A stretch of 64,000 nucleotides of DNA from IMG/VR virus record IMGVR_UViG_3300045988_173642, positions 32,001 to 96,000 of that record. The stretch is one strand, 5' to 3'. Source of the stretch: a virus. This document shows, one piece after another, positions 20,520 to 30,002 of the stretch. The position numbers and the translations under genes are program-made. The notes below the pieces were generated by a model. The model saw only the letters and a program-made list of their open reading frames with translations. It made no database searches and was not told where the DNA came from. Position 1 is the stretch's first letter. Every line of letters begins with the position of its first letter.

Positions 20520-21173
20520 CTATGGTCTCCCATCATCAACAAGTTTTACATTTAAATTCTTGTTTCCATTAATTAATTCAGCATCCGCCTGCAGGCAACG
20601 CAAGAAATGGTCGTACACGTCTAAATCATACCACCAATCTTCCTTTCCGCTCAGCACATAACGGTTTTCCAGAATCGGCCAGCGGTCAGCCGTCTGAATC
20701 CAATCCGGCGGAATGATGGAATTATAACGCTGAATGTATTTCGTTTGATGCCAAGTATCTGTTGTTCCTTCGTCACGCAACGAACGAACAAACTCTGGGA
20801 AGTCTTCATCCGTGCGAGCATAAAGCGCATAATATTCGCCGTTGAAACGATAACACACGGCCGACAACAGACCACCGACCTTGCTGGTCTTGCACGTCAC
20901 GAGATAGCGATTGCCGCGATGAAGTGCGGCCAAAGTATGAAGATAGTCCTTATGCCCTATGACTGGAACAATGCGCCCCTTCGCGTTGTAGAAGTAATTG
21001 GACCACAAGTCACGGCGGAAAAAATACCACAGGAAATCCATTTCGTCTAAGCTCATCTGTGGTATGGAAGGATAAACAATCTGTTTCCACACGTGCTGTC
21101 GCAAATGACTGCCGCGAGCAAAGCCTTCAACGGCACTGACGAAATCAAAACGATCTAAAAGAAGATGTATCAT
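20520..21173 (-). CDS. hypothetical protein
   Basis: 217-aa ORF with a 4-nt overlap with the upstream ORF. Confidence 0.55.
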   Translation of the reverse strand: MIHLLLDRFDFVSAVEGFARGSHLRQHVWKQIVYPSIPQMSLDEMDFLWYFFRRDLWSNYFYNAKGRIVPVIGHKDYLHTLAALHRGNRYLVTCKTSKVGGLLSAVCYRFNGEYYALYARTDEDFPEFVRSLRDEGTTDTWHQTKYIQRYNSIIPPDWIQTADRWPILENRYVLSGKEDWWYDLDVYDHFLRCLQADAELINGNKNLNVKLVDDGRP

Positions 21174-21433
21174 GAGCGGCCGTTTTTTGATACTCGTTCT
21201 TGCATCTGCCGGCGCCCATCACAAATGTGACGATACATCCGTGCGCTCCATTCATCGCCCGACAAACCATAAAGTTCACGGTCGGCATAGTCAATCAGAC
21301 AATCTAAGGTGATATATGCACCAAGGTCAAGGGCGTTGTCGCCATTCTTGCGGCAGGCATCAGGCGTGATACCACCAAGTTTCTTTATCAGCCACATGCG
21401 GAATTTACGCATGATTTTATTTGTTTTTTTCAT
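21170..21433 (-). CDS. hypothetical protein
   Basis: 87-aa ORF, tightly packed. Confidence 0.45.
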   Translation of the reverse strand: MKKTNKIMRKFRMWLIKKLGGITPDACRKNGDNALDLGAYITLDCLIDYADRELYGLSGDEWSARMYRHICDGRRQMQERVSKNGRS

Positions 21434-21435
21434 AA

Positions 21436-21996
21436 TTAGGAACGGAATAAGTTATACTTAACATCGTCGAATAAAGCCAGCTCCACCTGCTTGCCATCGA
21501 AATGGCCAACGGCGAGGAGCATGCCATTTTCTTCTGTGGCTTCTTCCATGATGGCGTGTTGACGAATAATCATAATATCGAACTCCTTAACACAGTTGAG
21601 CGATTCAATCGGCAGAGGCTGCATCGTCTCGCGAGCAAATTCGCGGATGCGCACAAGGTCGTCTTTAGTGAGCCCAGGCGTTCGTTCTTGTGCTTTGCGA
21701 ACGGCGGCCATCTCCACCTGTATGCGGTGGCGTTCGTAGGCATCCTGAATAATGCGATTGTTTTGCCAAAGTGAAACTTGGTTCAAAAAATTCAGAAAAG
21801 ACTTCCGACCACGCGCCAGTTCGGGCAAAGCCAAACGCTCTTCAATCAGCAAAGCGTTGTCTTTCGGCATCCAATGAATGGCGCCGTCGCGTTCAAAGGC
21901 ATCAAGATAGGCAAATATCTTGGTCAGATCGCGCAAATCCTGCAAGAGGATTCTGTTGCGCGTGAAACCTAATAAGACTTTTAATCGTTTCCACAT
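21436..21996 (-). CDS. hypothetical protein
   Basis: 186-aa ORF preceded by a terminator hairpin at 22019-22050. Confidence 0.55.
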   Translation of the reverse strand: MWKRLKVLLGFTRNRILLQDLRDLTKIFAYLDAFERDGAIHWMPKDNALLIEERLALPELARGRKSFLNFLNQVSLWQNNRIIQDAYERHRIQVEMAAVRKAQERTPGLTKDDLVRIREFARETMQPLPIESLNCVKEFDIMIIRQHAIMEEATEENGMLLAVGHFDGKQVELALFDDVKYNLFRS

Positions 21997-22018
21997 AATC
22001 TAATTTTTAAAAAGAAAA

Positions 22019-22050
22019 GGCCGCCTCTATCCTCACGGACCGAAGCGGCC
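22019..22050 (-). terminator. intrinsic terminator, member of the conserved-apex hairpin family
   Basis: Minus strand reads GGCCGC-TTCGGTCCGTGAGGATAGAG-GCGGCC followed by TTTTCTTTTT. Confidence 0.6.
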
Positions 22051-22088
22051 GTACTTATTCAATAATCAATAACACTTTCAATGTTTTA

Positions 22089-22436
22089 TCAATGCGCCAC
22101 GAAACGTGTGCCGTCAACCTCCAAAACGAGGATGTCGTTGACCACGCGGATTTCCTTACTACTGACGAACTGCACTTTTCGCTGATGGCGCATAACATCA
22201 ACTGAAAGGCACACACATTCGCCTTCATCAACGTGTCCTGTCTTTGTGAGGAATTTTATGTAGAAGGATTTGCGCTGAACGTTGGTGGCCGTCTGCGGAT
22301 GAACGTAGCCAGTCACTTGCTGATGGCTACGCGGGTCGGTCCATTGCCATTTCTCGCAATAGCGACGCAGTTCCGTGAAACTCTGGGTTGGTCTTGTCCT
22401 CATACTAATCATCGTTATATGGCGGAAATTCGTCAT
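22089..22436 (-). CDS. hypothetical protein
   Basis: 115-aa ORF overlapping the upstream ORF end. Confidence 0.5.
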   Translation of the reverse strand: MTNFRHITMISMRTRPTQSFTELRRYCEKWQWTDPRSHQQVTGYVHPQTATNVQRKSFYIKFLTKTGHVDEGECVCLSVDVMRHQRKVQFVSSKEIRVVNDILVLEVDGTRFVAH

Positions 22437-23037
22437 GAAGGAACAACATCAACTCTTTGCAGAGCTTCGCTGGCTTCACCTTGCGAACTTGCTGGCGATG
22501 GCGCAACACGTCGGGGAAGAGCACATTGCGGAATGGATGGCTCCACTCTCTTTCCTTTCGCGAATAGGCGTGCATCGGATAGAAGTTGGCATGGTAGGCT
22601 GTCAGGCCGGAATCGATGTAACGCGAATACATCGGTCCCTGGATGATGACCCCACGTTCTTCGTTGTAGAACACTAAATGGGCAGAAAGGTCGGAAACAT
22701 CACGGTGGCTGACATAGAGCACACGCGAACGATAGTCGGCTAAATAGCGATCAACCATTGCCTGATAGTCGCCAGAAGTTGAAAGCACAAGCGCATTTAT
22801 CCATTTACGTTCAAAACATTGCTGGAGAAAAACGAAGGTCTCCGCAGCGACAACTGGCTGGCTGAGCACCATGACGTGGCCTTCGTCGACAAGATAGGCA
22901 ACAGCACGGTAGAACTTTTCCATCGTCACATCGCCGTGCGTGTAAAACGAGAGAGAAAAGCGCTCCGCCTGCATCAACGCCTTTGGCAAGGTCTTGTCGA
23001 CGCAGCAAGGCTGGATGAAGAGCATGTTATCGTCCAT
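22405..23037 (-). CDS. hypothetical protein
   Basis: 210-aa ORF directly downstream of the clamp gene. Confidence 0.55.
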   Translation of the reverse strand: MDDNMLFIQPCCVDKTLPKALMQAERFSLSFYTHGDVTMEKFYRAVAYLVDEGHVMVLSQPVVAAETFVFLQQCFERKWINALVLSTSGDYQAMVDRYLADYRSRVLYVSHRDVSDLSAHLVFYNEERGVIIQGPMYSRYIDSGLTAYHANFYPMHAYSRKEREWSHPFRNVLFPDVLRHRQQVRKVKPAKLCKELMLFLHDEFPPYNDD

Positions 23038-23062
23038 TTCTTTAGATTTTATTCGTTATTGG

Positions 23063-24250
23063 TTAGTCATCTATGACCATCGGCATACACATGGTGAGCA
23101 CTGACGGTGCAGGAATATCGGCCGTGAACAACATCTGATGTCTCTCATCCGAAAATTGCATGCGGATGTCTGGCGCATCGATGGCACTCAGTGCTGAAGA
23201 AAGGTAAGATGAGTTGACGCCGATGCGGAATCCATCAAGACATTCGGCATTGGAGACCAGCACTTGGTCAGCAGCCGACGTAGAGAAGTCAACGTCGCGC
23301 GAAGAGACATCCAAGAACATACCGTTTTTCTCAAGCACAAGCAGGTTGCTCGACTTGTCGCCAAACAGACTAACGAGCTTGATGGTCTCCAGCATTTCGC
23401 GCTTGTTGAACACAACGTAATACGGATTGCCACGCGGAATGACGGAACCGTAATTCGGATATTTCGCCTCGCAAGTTTTACAAATGTATTCCATCGACCC
23501 TGAAACGAACCTCAAAGAATGTGTGTCACATTCTATGTGAATTTCTTCACATCCGTCAAACACAGAGACGGCGCGGAAATAAAGTTGCGGAAGCAACATC
23601 CTGCTGGGCTGACCACCACGGAAGAAATCTCCACCGCCTGTTGCTGGATTGTTTGTGTAGTTGGTCTTAATAAGTCCGTGTCCATCCGAGGCAACAAACA
23701 CCACATCTGACAAATCTTCTGCCACATCGATGCAGATACAGTTCATCTGCGGCCGGATGATGTCTTTGGCTGTGAACGGAGCGGAATTGTCCAACACCTT
23801 TGAGAAGAACGGAGACGGCAGGGTAATGCACGTCTTATCTTCCATCAAATCTGGCGAAATCGGGAAGTCCTTGCCATCGAAGTAAGCGAAATTGGCTTTG
23901 CCTTCTTTTACTTGCCCGCCGCTCTCCGTGCAATAGGAAAGTGAAACACTCTTGTTGCTGCCATCGAAATCGAAGGTCAGCGTGCAATCTGGAAGAGAGG
24001 AGATAAACGGCAGAATGGTCTTCACTGGCAACGCGATTGGGGAATCAAGATTGCCGTCGAAGATGGTCAAAGGGGCTGGCAGCGTTAACTGAGAACTACT
24101 TGTAGCGGCCACGAAGAAGAAGACTCCGTCGGCATGGCGAACGAGCAACACGTTATCCAGGATGGCCAACGAGTTTTTGGTGGAGATGGCTTTGGAGGCT
24201 TTCTGCAAGACCTCTGCAAGCAGGCGTGAGGATTGAGCTTGTAATTTCAT
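23063..24250 (-). CDS. dnaN: DNA polymerase III beta sliding clamp homologue
   Basis: 395 aa. The N-terminus MKLQAQSSRLLAEVLQKASKAISTKNSLAILDNVLLV matches the clamp pattern (..tlPILsnvLl..), and the length suits three domains. Confidence 0.8.
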   Translation of the reverse strand: MKLQAQSSRLLAEVLQKASKAISTKNSLAILDNVLLVRHADGVFFFVAATSSSQLTLPAPLTIFDGNLDSPIALPVKTILPFISSLPDCTLTFDFDGSNKSVSLSYCTESGGQVKEGKANFAYFDGKDFPISPDLMEDKTCITLPSPFFSKVLDNSAPFTAKDIIRPQMNCICIDVAEDLSDVVFVASDGHGLIKTNYTNNPATGGGDFFRGGQPSRMLLPQLYFRAVSVFDGCEEIHIECDTHSLRFVSGSMEYICKTCEAKYPNYGSVIPRGNPYYVVFNKREMLETIKLVSLFGDKSSNLLVLEKNGMFLDVSSRDVDFSTSAADQVLVSNAECLDGFRIGVNSSYLSSALSAIDAPDIRMQFSDERHQMLFTADIPAPSVLTMCMPMVIDD

Positions 24251-24265
24251 GCTTCGTTTGTTTTA

Positions 24266-24871
24266 TTAAAATGGAAGGTCGTCTTCGTTGAAGTTAGAAC
24301 CAAAGGCATAGGCATCATTCTGTTCGGCCGACGGCACATAAGCCGTTGCTGCGCCTGCCGTCTGATAGTTGGGTTGCGGCGTGGTTGACGGCGCTGCCTG
24401 CTGTTGTGGCTGATAGAGCATAGCCAAACGTTTGTTCATTCGACTGCGAAAGGCTTTAAAGAGATGTGAGGTCTCATCCTGCACGTTCTGCGTGACGATA
24501 CCTGGATCGCGATCTTTGTTCTGCTGCTTCACCTGCTCAACGAGACCGGGAGCCTTGGCAGCAATGTACTTGACATAGTCCGTTGAATAAGACATCTGCA
24601 CTTCGTGTGTCGGCACATTCACGTTTGCATCGCCGCGTTCCTGCGCCGAGCAGCGGACGGCCTTCTTATAGTTTTCGTTGAGTGGCCAGATGTTCACACG
24701 TAATCCTGCAATCTGTTTGCTGGGGTCGTTTCGCGAAACAGTCAGTTTGATTTCGTTGAAGTCTACAGGAATACAGACATACGCACGTTGTGGATTCTTC
24801 TGATCTACTCCTGTCATAACCTGTGCACCATTCAAGGCCAACAGGTCAATACTGCCATTGTAACTTGCCAT
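24266..24871 (-). CDS. ssDNA-binding-protein-like protein with SSB-type acidic C-terminal tip
   Basis: 201 aa. A Q/P/A-rich flexible linker is followed by the terminal ...NFNEDDLPF (compare E. coli SSB ...DDDIPF). Sits next to the clamp and primase-helicase genes. Confidence 0.5.
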   Translation of the reverse strand: MASYNGSIDLLALNGAQVMTGVDQKNPQRAYVCIPVDFNEIKLTVSRNDPSKQIAGLRVNIWPLNENYKKAVRCSAQERGDANVNVPTHEVQMSYSTDYVKYIAAKAPGLVEQVKQQNKDRDPGIVTQNVQDETSHLFKAFRSRMNKRLAMLYQPQQQAAPSTTPQPNYQTAGAATAYVPSAEQNDAYAFGSNFNEDDLPF

Positions 24872-24919
24872 GATTTGTTTGTTTTTTATTTATTGTTGAT
24901 GAATGATTATTTGTCGGTT

Positions 24920-25153
24920 TTAATAGAGCCTACCGCGAGGGTCACTCATGTCGTCCATCGTCTTTACGCGAAACCATTTCTTTGGTCGGTTTTTCTTCTT
25001 ATAGACCGCTCCAAGACTGATATAGTGAGCGCAGGCGAGATGGAAAGGCGAAATACTGCCGCCGAACAACGGCGAACTTTTCTCACGACAACTGTTTTTG
25101 ATTTGGTCGTATGAGATGCAGTTTTCGCATCTTGGGGGGGTATATGTTCGCAT
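24920..25153 (-). CDS. hypothetical small Cys-containing protein
   Basis: 77-aa ORF between the SSB-like and primase-helicase genes. Confidence 0.35.
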   Translation of the reverse strand: MRTYTPPRCENCISYDQIKNSCREKSSPLFGGSISPFHLACAHYISLGAVYKKKNRPKKWFRVKTMDDMSDPRGRLY

Positions 25154-25195
25154 CGTTTTTTTGTTTAAAAATTCTTTCTATAGGTTTTAGGTGCA

Positions 25196-28100
25196 TCAAA
25201 ACGGCAAGTCCTCTTCTTTGATTTCCGGCAAGGTTGGCGCCGTTGTGGACGTTGCTGCAGGCATGACCACTCGCCTACCCTGCCTTCTCATCTTATTGTT
25301 TTCCCAACGTTCTTTTTCTTCGTCGGTGAGCGTAACGATTTTGCCATCATCATCGCGGTATGGCAGAGGGTCTGGCTGCTCGGCGTATTGCTTGGCAATA
25401 CGTTTCAAATCGCGATAGTTCTTCGGTATAACATCCTTCCCTGGACGATAAAAGAAGAATACGTGCTTAGAAGTTTGAAGATAGCGAATGAACTTCGGTT
25501 CGATGGTGTTGTCATTCTCCCACTCGCGGCCGGTGAAATACTCCTGCGTCACCCAGGCCTGCAATTTAAAGCACTTGCGCTGTTTGTCGCTCTCATTCTC
25601 AAAGAGCTGTTTAGGATTGCACGTGATCGACATATTCTCGCAATAGTCGTATATCTTCTTCTTGAACGTGGCTCGGCTGTATTCCTTCGACTTGCCTTCA
25701 GAGGCATCCGCCCAATCGCGCATAAACTCGTTGAACATATCGTCGGTACATATCGGCACTCCATAAACCTCATTGCGAGAAAAGAACCACTCGAAGTAGC
25801 GAACGATGCTCTCGGTGAGTTTCTGAACCATTTGACGGCGACGCACGTTGCCTTGCGGTGCGATGGCAAAAGTGTGGTAGCGCATCAGGAACTGAACGGC
25901 CAAGGCACAGAGATAGATGGTCTGATTGCGGTCGGTGTCGGTGAGCTTTTCGGGATTAGGGTCGAAATGCTTCATAAGTTCGGCCGGCGAACGTTCTGGC
26001 TGTCGCTTCTGCTGATTCTCTCGCGAAAAACGGTCAGAGAAACTGACCAAAGGGAAACGGCCGATAGTTGACGGATCATCGTCGCTCAGCGGACTATTAC
26101 TCGTTATGACATGAATGGGGGAATCTTCCATCTTCAATCCGACGGGGTCGCCAAACTTCTTCTCAACCTTGGTGCCTTGCGTCACCTTGTTATAAAAGTA
26201 TTTCATGGGAAAACTCTTTTGTTTGTCTTCCCAATGAACAACGCGATATTTCCCTGGATATACGATTAAATCCGTGAGGGCAAACTTGGCATCGGTTATC
26301 ACCATGAAGTCTTTCATGTCGACGGGCAACACATTAACAGCCGAGCCAACAACCGTGTTCACTAATACCGATTTGCCGGAACCGCCTGCCGCCTGTTTCT
26401 CGTCGGCAATATTGTCCTCCAAGAGGTAAGGCGCGACATTCTTCATACCTTCCCAAGAACGGAAGCACAAACGGCCGATACATGAGAGCATATTGGCGAA
26501 GTGAGCATTCATCACGGCCGTCTCGTCTTCGGTGAGCGGTTGTTTGTTGCGCTGCGCTTCTTTCTCCCGTTCCCAAAGTGTATTGGAAAAACCACGCACA
26601 ATGCGGAGAATCGGCCACAAGTCTTGCTCACGTTGCCCTTGCCAGTCAACGAACCAGCGATAAGTCTGTGCCCATTCCATGAGTTCGCCACGCAGTTTCT
26701 TTATCTCGTCGTAGGTGAATACGGAAGAGCCATCCTCGTTCTTCATGGCCTCTTTCTTGTTTATCGCTTCCAGGCGGTCGCGGTATTCCTGACGCTCGGT
26801 AATGACAAACGGAGTTTTAAACACACGCATCGTGAAATCATACGGCTTTCGTGCGAGTGAAGGAATGAAGAAACTGATGTCGTTGTATGACACCGGACGG
26901 ATGTTGTCTGGCGTAATCCTTAGCGCCACATTGCGGAAATAGAAATATTCCGTCTTGGCATTAAAGGCGTCAGCGAAGTTGATGACCATGCTCTGCAATC
27001 CGCCTGCCGACTTCTCCGTGAAAGTTTTGTCAACCATATTGGCGCAATCAGACATCAAGCGCTGCTCGGTGTCATTATGTCGCCAGCTCTGTTCAATATA
27101 TTCAAGCAACAAAATTTTGGCTGCCTGGATAATGCTCTTTGCATCAATATACTCAACGAAGCAACGGTCAAGGTGGATGTATTGTCCCACGAGGTCAGTG
27201 CTCTCAGTGTCAATCATGCGATAATATCCGTGCGCAGTCATGAAGAGCCAAAGGCGCGTTGGCGACACTTTGCAGGTTGGCGGTTTAGGCTTTCCGCTAC
27301 GAGGGTCACGGGGGTATTCAATTTCAAATGGCTCCGTGTTTCTCGCTCCGCGCAATCGGGAGTAGAGCGGCAAGCGCAAGTCGTGGTCAAACTGAAAGTT
27401 ATCTTCATCGGTCATATTGTATGACAAGAGATAGTCACGCACACTTCTCGGTGAACACCCAAAGAGCCATTTCCATCGCTGGTTATAACGCGAGCGGAAC
27501 TGCTCCGGCAACATGGCATAGTGAATGGCGCTGAATTTGGTAGCTATTGCACCGCAGTCGCGCTGCGAAGCGATGTCGTTGGGATAGAGGATGATGACAC
27601 GTTCGGCAAAACAATTCATCTTCTGATATTGCACGGCGCTGAAATCCAGTTTTTCTTGTTTCCATTCTCCCCGTTCGATGTACCAGAAGTTTCTTCGCCC
27701 GATGGAGAACGCCACGTGATACCAACAATAATCTGCAAAATGCTGGTCGCCATCCTGCTTATCAAGTCGGAGCGAACGCATGGCGTAATACACGCTCAAG
27801 GCATCTTCGGGGGTGCGGCAGAAAACGATGTTGCGAGCTTTGATTTCATTGGTCGGTATCTTCACGTCAATTCTCTTGAACGTGCCTTTCGGCTCTCCGT
27901 CCTTCGTTTCGTTTTCTTCCCATTCTTCACGGGTCTCGGTGTATTTCTCCTCCGGCTCTATCTGATTGATGGCGGCATGGACGGCGGTGTTGTCGCTCTT
28001 GCGGTGGTCCATCGCATAAACAAAAACGTTGTCGCCCATGAGCCATTTGCTCACCTTCCGCACGCTATGCTCCTCGGCGGTGGAGAACACAATCGGTTCG

Positions 28101-28870
28101 CTGCCCCCCATTGCAGGACGGAAGAAACATCCGTATGAGTTTTGCGGGCCAAATTCTTGAGAGGCGAAACAGACGAAGAGCGGATTCCACGGCGTGCCGT
28201 GGATGATTTCGCTGACATGCTGACCATTTCGGATAACGTCTGGCAGTGTGACGCTCAGCAGGGAATAGATGCGAAAGTCTTTGTTGAGCAAATCTGGTGT
28301 GAACGTCCGACCGAAACCGAAACGTGGAAGACCTTTTTCTAACGTCACCTCACATCCAAGCGCCGCCAGTTCTTGCGGAGAGAAATCCATTTTCGGCATA
28401 AACGAGAATGTCTCAATGGTCTGCTGCGCAACGGTGCGGTAATCCATGTTGCCGAATACTTCTGGGAATGCAGCTCGCGTTTCTTCCGTGTCGCCGTAGC
28501 ATTTCAACACCAATGCCTTGCAGATTCTTAGTAAACTTTGCCCGTGCATCAGAAGGTGATGGACGGCGGCATACAGTTCAATGGCACCATAACCTTTTTT
28601 CCCAGTCTTTGTACACATCCACTTCACGGCGCCATGTTGCGCCAGACTGTCACCTTCAACCCCCACTCCATCGTACAAACCGCCACGTTCATTATTATAT
28701 ATGATGAAATGTGGTGTACGCGCCGATCTGCCGTCTGCAGCAGCTTCGTCTTTCTCACAAAAGGGACAGAAACAGGCTGTCTGCCCTTCGACGCGCTGCT
28801 CGTCAGAAGGCCGCACCAATAATGCCAAGTCGATGTTGGCAAGCTGGTTGAGTATCGGGTGATATATCAT
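25196..28870 (-). CDS. primase-helicase fusion (zinc-finger primase-like N-terminus, D5/P4-type P-loop helicase C-terminal half)
   Basis: 1224 aa. CHC2-like motif CFCPFCEKDE...PHF near the N-terminus, Walker A AAGGSGKSVL in the C-terminal half, ends ...EIKEEDLPF. Confidence 0.7.
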   Translation of the reverse strand: MIYHPILNQLANIDLALLVRPSDEQRVEGQTACFCPFCEKDEAAADGRSARTPHFIIYNNERGGLYDGVGVEGDSLAQHGAVKWMCTKTGKKGYGAIELYAAVHHLLMHGQSLLRICKALVLKCYGDTEETRAAFPEVFGNMDYRTVAQQTIETFSFMPKMDFSPQELAALGCEVTLEKGLPRFGFGRTFTPDLLNKDFRIYSLLSVTLPDVIRNGQHVSEIIHGTPWNPLFVCFASQEFGPQNSYGCFFRPAMGGSEPIVFSTAEEHSVRKVSKWLMGDNVFVYAMDHRKSDNTAVHAAINQIEPEEKYTETREEWEENETKDGEPKGTFKRIDVKIPTNEIKARNIVFCRTPEDALSVYYAMRSLRLDKQDGDQHFADYCWYHVAFSIGRRNFWYIERGEWKQEKLDFSAVQYQKMNCFAERVIILYPNDIASQRDCGAIATKFSAIHYAMLPEQFRSRYNQRWKWLFGCSPRSVRDYLLSYNMTDEDNFQFDHDLRLPLYSRLRGARNTEPFEIEYPRDPRSGKPKPPTCKVSPTRLWLFMTAHGYYRMIDTESTDLVGQYIHLDRCFVEYIDAKSIIQAAKILLLEYIEQSWRHNDTEQRLMSDCANMVDKTFTEKSAGGLQSMVINFADAFNAKTEYFYFRNVALRITPDNIRPVSYNDISFFIPSLARKPYDFTMRVFKTPFVITERQEYRDRLEAINKKEAMKNEDGSSVFTYDEIKKLRGELMEWAQTYRWFVDWQGQREQDLWPILRIVRGFSNTLWEREKEAQRNKQPLTEDETAVMNAHFANMLSCIGRLCFRSWEGMKNVAPYLLEDNIADEKQAAGGSGKSVLVNTVVGSAVNVLPVDMKDFMVITDAKFALTDLIVYPGKYRVVHWEDKQKSFPMKYFYNKVTQGTKVEKKFGDPVGLKMEDSPIHVITSNSPLSDDDPSTIGRFPLVSFSDRFSRENQQKRQPERSPAELMKHFDPNPEKLTDTDRNQTIYLCALAVQFLMRYHTFAIAPQGNVRRRQMVQKLTESIVRYFEWFFSRNEVYGVPICTDDMFNEFMRDWADASEGKSKEYSRATFKKKIYDYCENMSITCNPKQLFENESDKQRKCFKLQAWVTQEYFTGREWENDNTIEPKFIRYLQTSKHVFFFYRPGKDVIPKNYRDLKRIAKQYAEQPDPLPYRDDDGKIVTLTDEEKERWENNKMRRQGRRVVMPAATSTTAPTLPEIKEEDLPF

Positions 28871-28886
28871 AATTAAATTTGAGAAT

Positions 28887-29333
28887 CTACAAGTTCACGA
28901 ATGTTTCCAATTTATAATGCCTAATGGAACAGTTGCATACGTTCTTCATACGTGTAATGAGCAACGAAGTGAAATCTTTCAACGAGATGAATTGTTCGTC
29001 TAAACCATGAATTTGAATCATGGTGCGCCAATAACATTTCCCGTTGCACCAACGGCATGAATGTTCTCGGTCAATCACTAAATCTTCAACCTTTCCGTTC
29101 ATCATATTAAAGACATACAAACAAACATCGCGCAGCAAGTCAAACGGAGCGCCATAAAACAGCAATGTCGGGATATTGTCTTTCTCGCCGCGTAGGTCTT
29201 CTGAATAAGCAATGCGGTGCAGATACGAATAAGGCGTGGGACGGCCCATTTTCTTTTTGTTGCTTCGGTTTGGAACGTATGGAACAGACAAATAACTTCT
29301 TTCCATCTTATTCCATCGATTTCTCGTTAACAC
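28887..29333 (-). CDS. hypothetical protein
   Basis: 148-aa ORF overlapping the exonuclease gene end. Confidence 0.5.
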   Translation of the reverse strand: MLTRNRWNKMERSYLSVPYVPNRSNKKKMGRPTPYSYLHRIAYSEDLRGEKDNIPTLLFYGAPFDLLRDVCLYVFNMMNGKVEDLVIDREHSCRWCNGKCYWRTMIQIHGLDEQFISLKDFTSLLITRMKNVCNCSIRHYKLETFVNL

Positions 29334-29976
29334 ATTGCTTCAACTGCTTCATCATCTGCCACGTAGAATAGATGCTCCGCTTACAATCATAAAGCGGAGA
29401 ATGAACGATGTTTTCTCCGTCGTCGAAATCCTCTGCAAAATCGCTATATCTGATTTCATCGCGACCGCCACGACTTAAAAGCCGAGCCCCTTCCAAGAAG
29501 AAAGTTCGATGGTCGCGAAATTTGGTGTAGCGAACGGGAATTTGCTTATTATATCGATGGCAGATGTGGCGCAAGATGGCTATGTCGAAATCTGTGCCCT
29601 GCGACCATAAATATAGATTGTCTGCCGACAAATCTTCAGACAGCCCCTTAATCCAGGCAAAGAAATGCTCCAGTACGCCTTCAATGGAAAGCAAGGGCGT
29701 GGCATCATCGTCACTAAGAAGTTCTTGCTTGGCCTTAGCGTCTTTCTCCTTCCACCAAATTGAAGTGGAAGCATCAAACGTGAAGCCATCCAAAAACTGC
29801 GAGCGCAAATCAACGTGCTTGTAAAACTGGCAAATGGTTTTCATGCCATTGCCTTCGCCGAAGAACGGCGTATTCTCAAAGTCGCGCCCCCAAGCAACTG
29901 CACCAATACTCATCACGGCGGCCGTTGGGCAAAGCGCACAAGTCTCGAGATCAAAAGTTATATCCAAAATATCCAT
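29308..29976 (-). CDS. DEDDh 3'-5' exonuclease
   Basis: Exo I FDLETCAL, Exo II QGTDFDIAIL, Exo III HSPLYDCKRS (H-x4-D). Confidence 0.7.
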   Translation of the reverse strand: MDILDITFDLETCALCPTAAVMSIGAVAWGRDFENTPFFGEGNGMKTICQFYKHVDLRSQFLDGFTFDASTSIWWKEKDAKAKQELLSDDDATPLLSIEGVLEHFFAWIKGLSEDLSADNLYLWSQGTDFDIAILRHICHRYNKQIPVRYTKFRDHRTFFLEGARLLSRGGRDEIRYSDFAEDFDDGENIVHSPLYDCKRSIYSTWQMMKQLKQCVNEKSME

Positions 29977-30002
29977 ATTGCGAATGTCTTTTTTGAGACT
30001 AA

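Noticed and set aside
25388-28138. Plus-strand ORFs of up to 227 aa inside the primase-helicase gene
   Set aside because: They are antisense to a continuous 1224-aa ORF that carries clear motifs, and nothing independent supports them.
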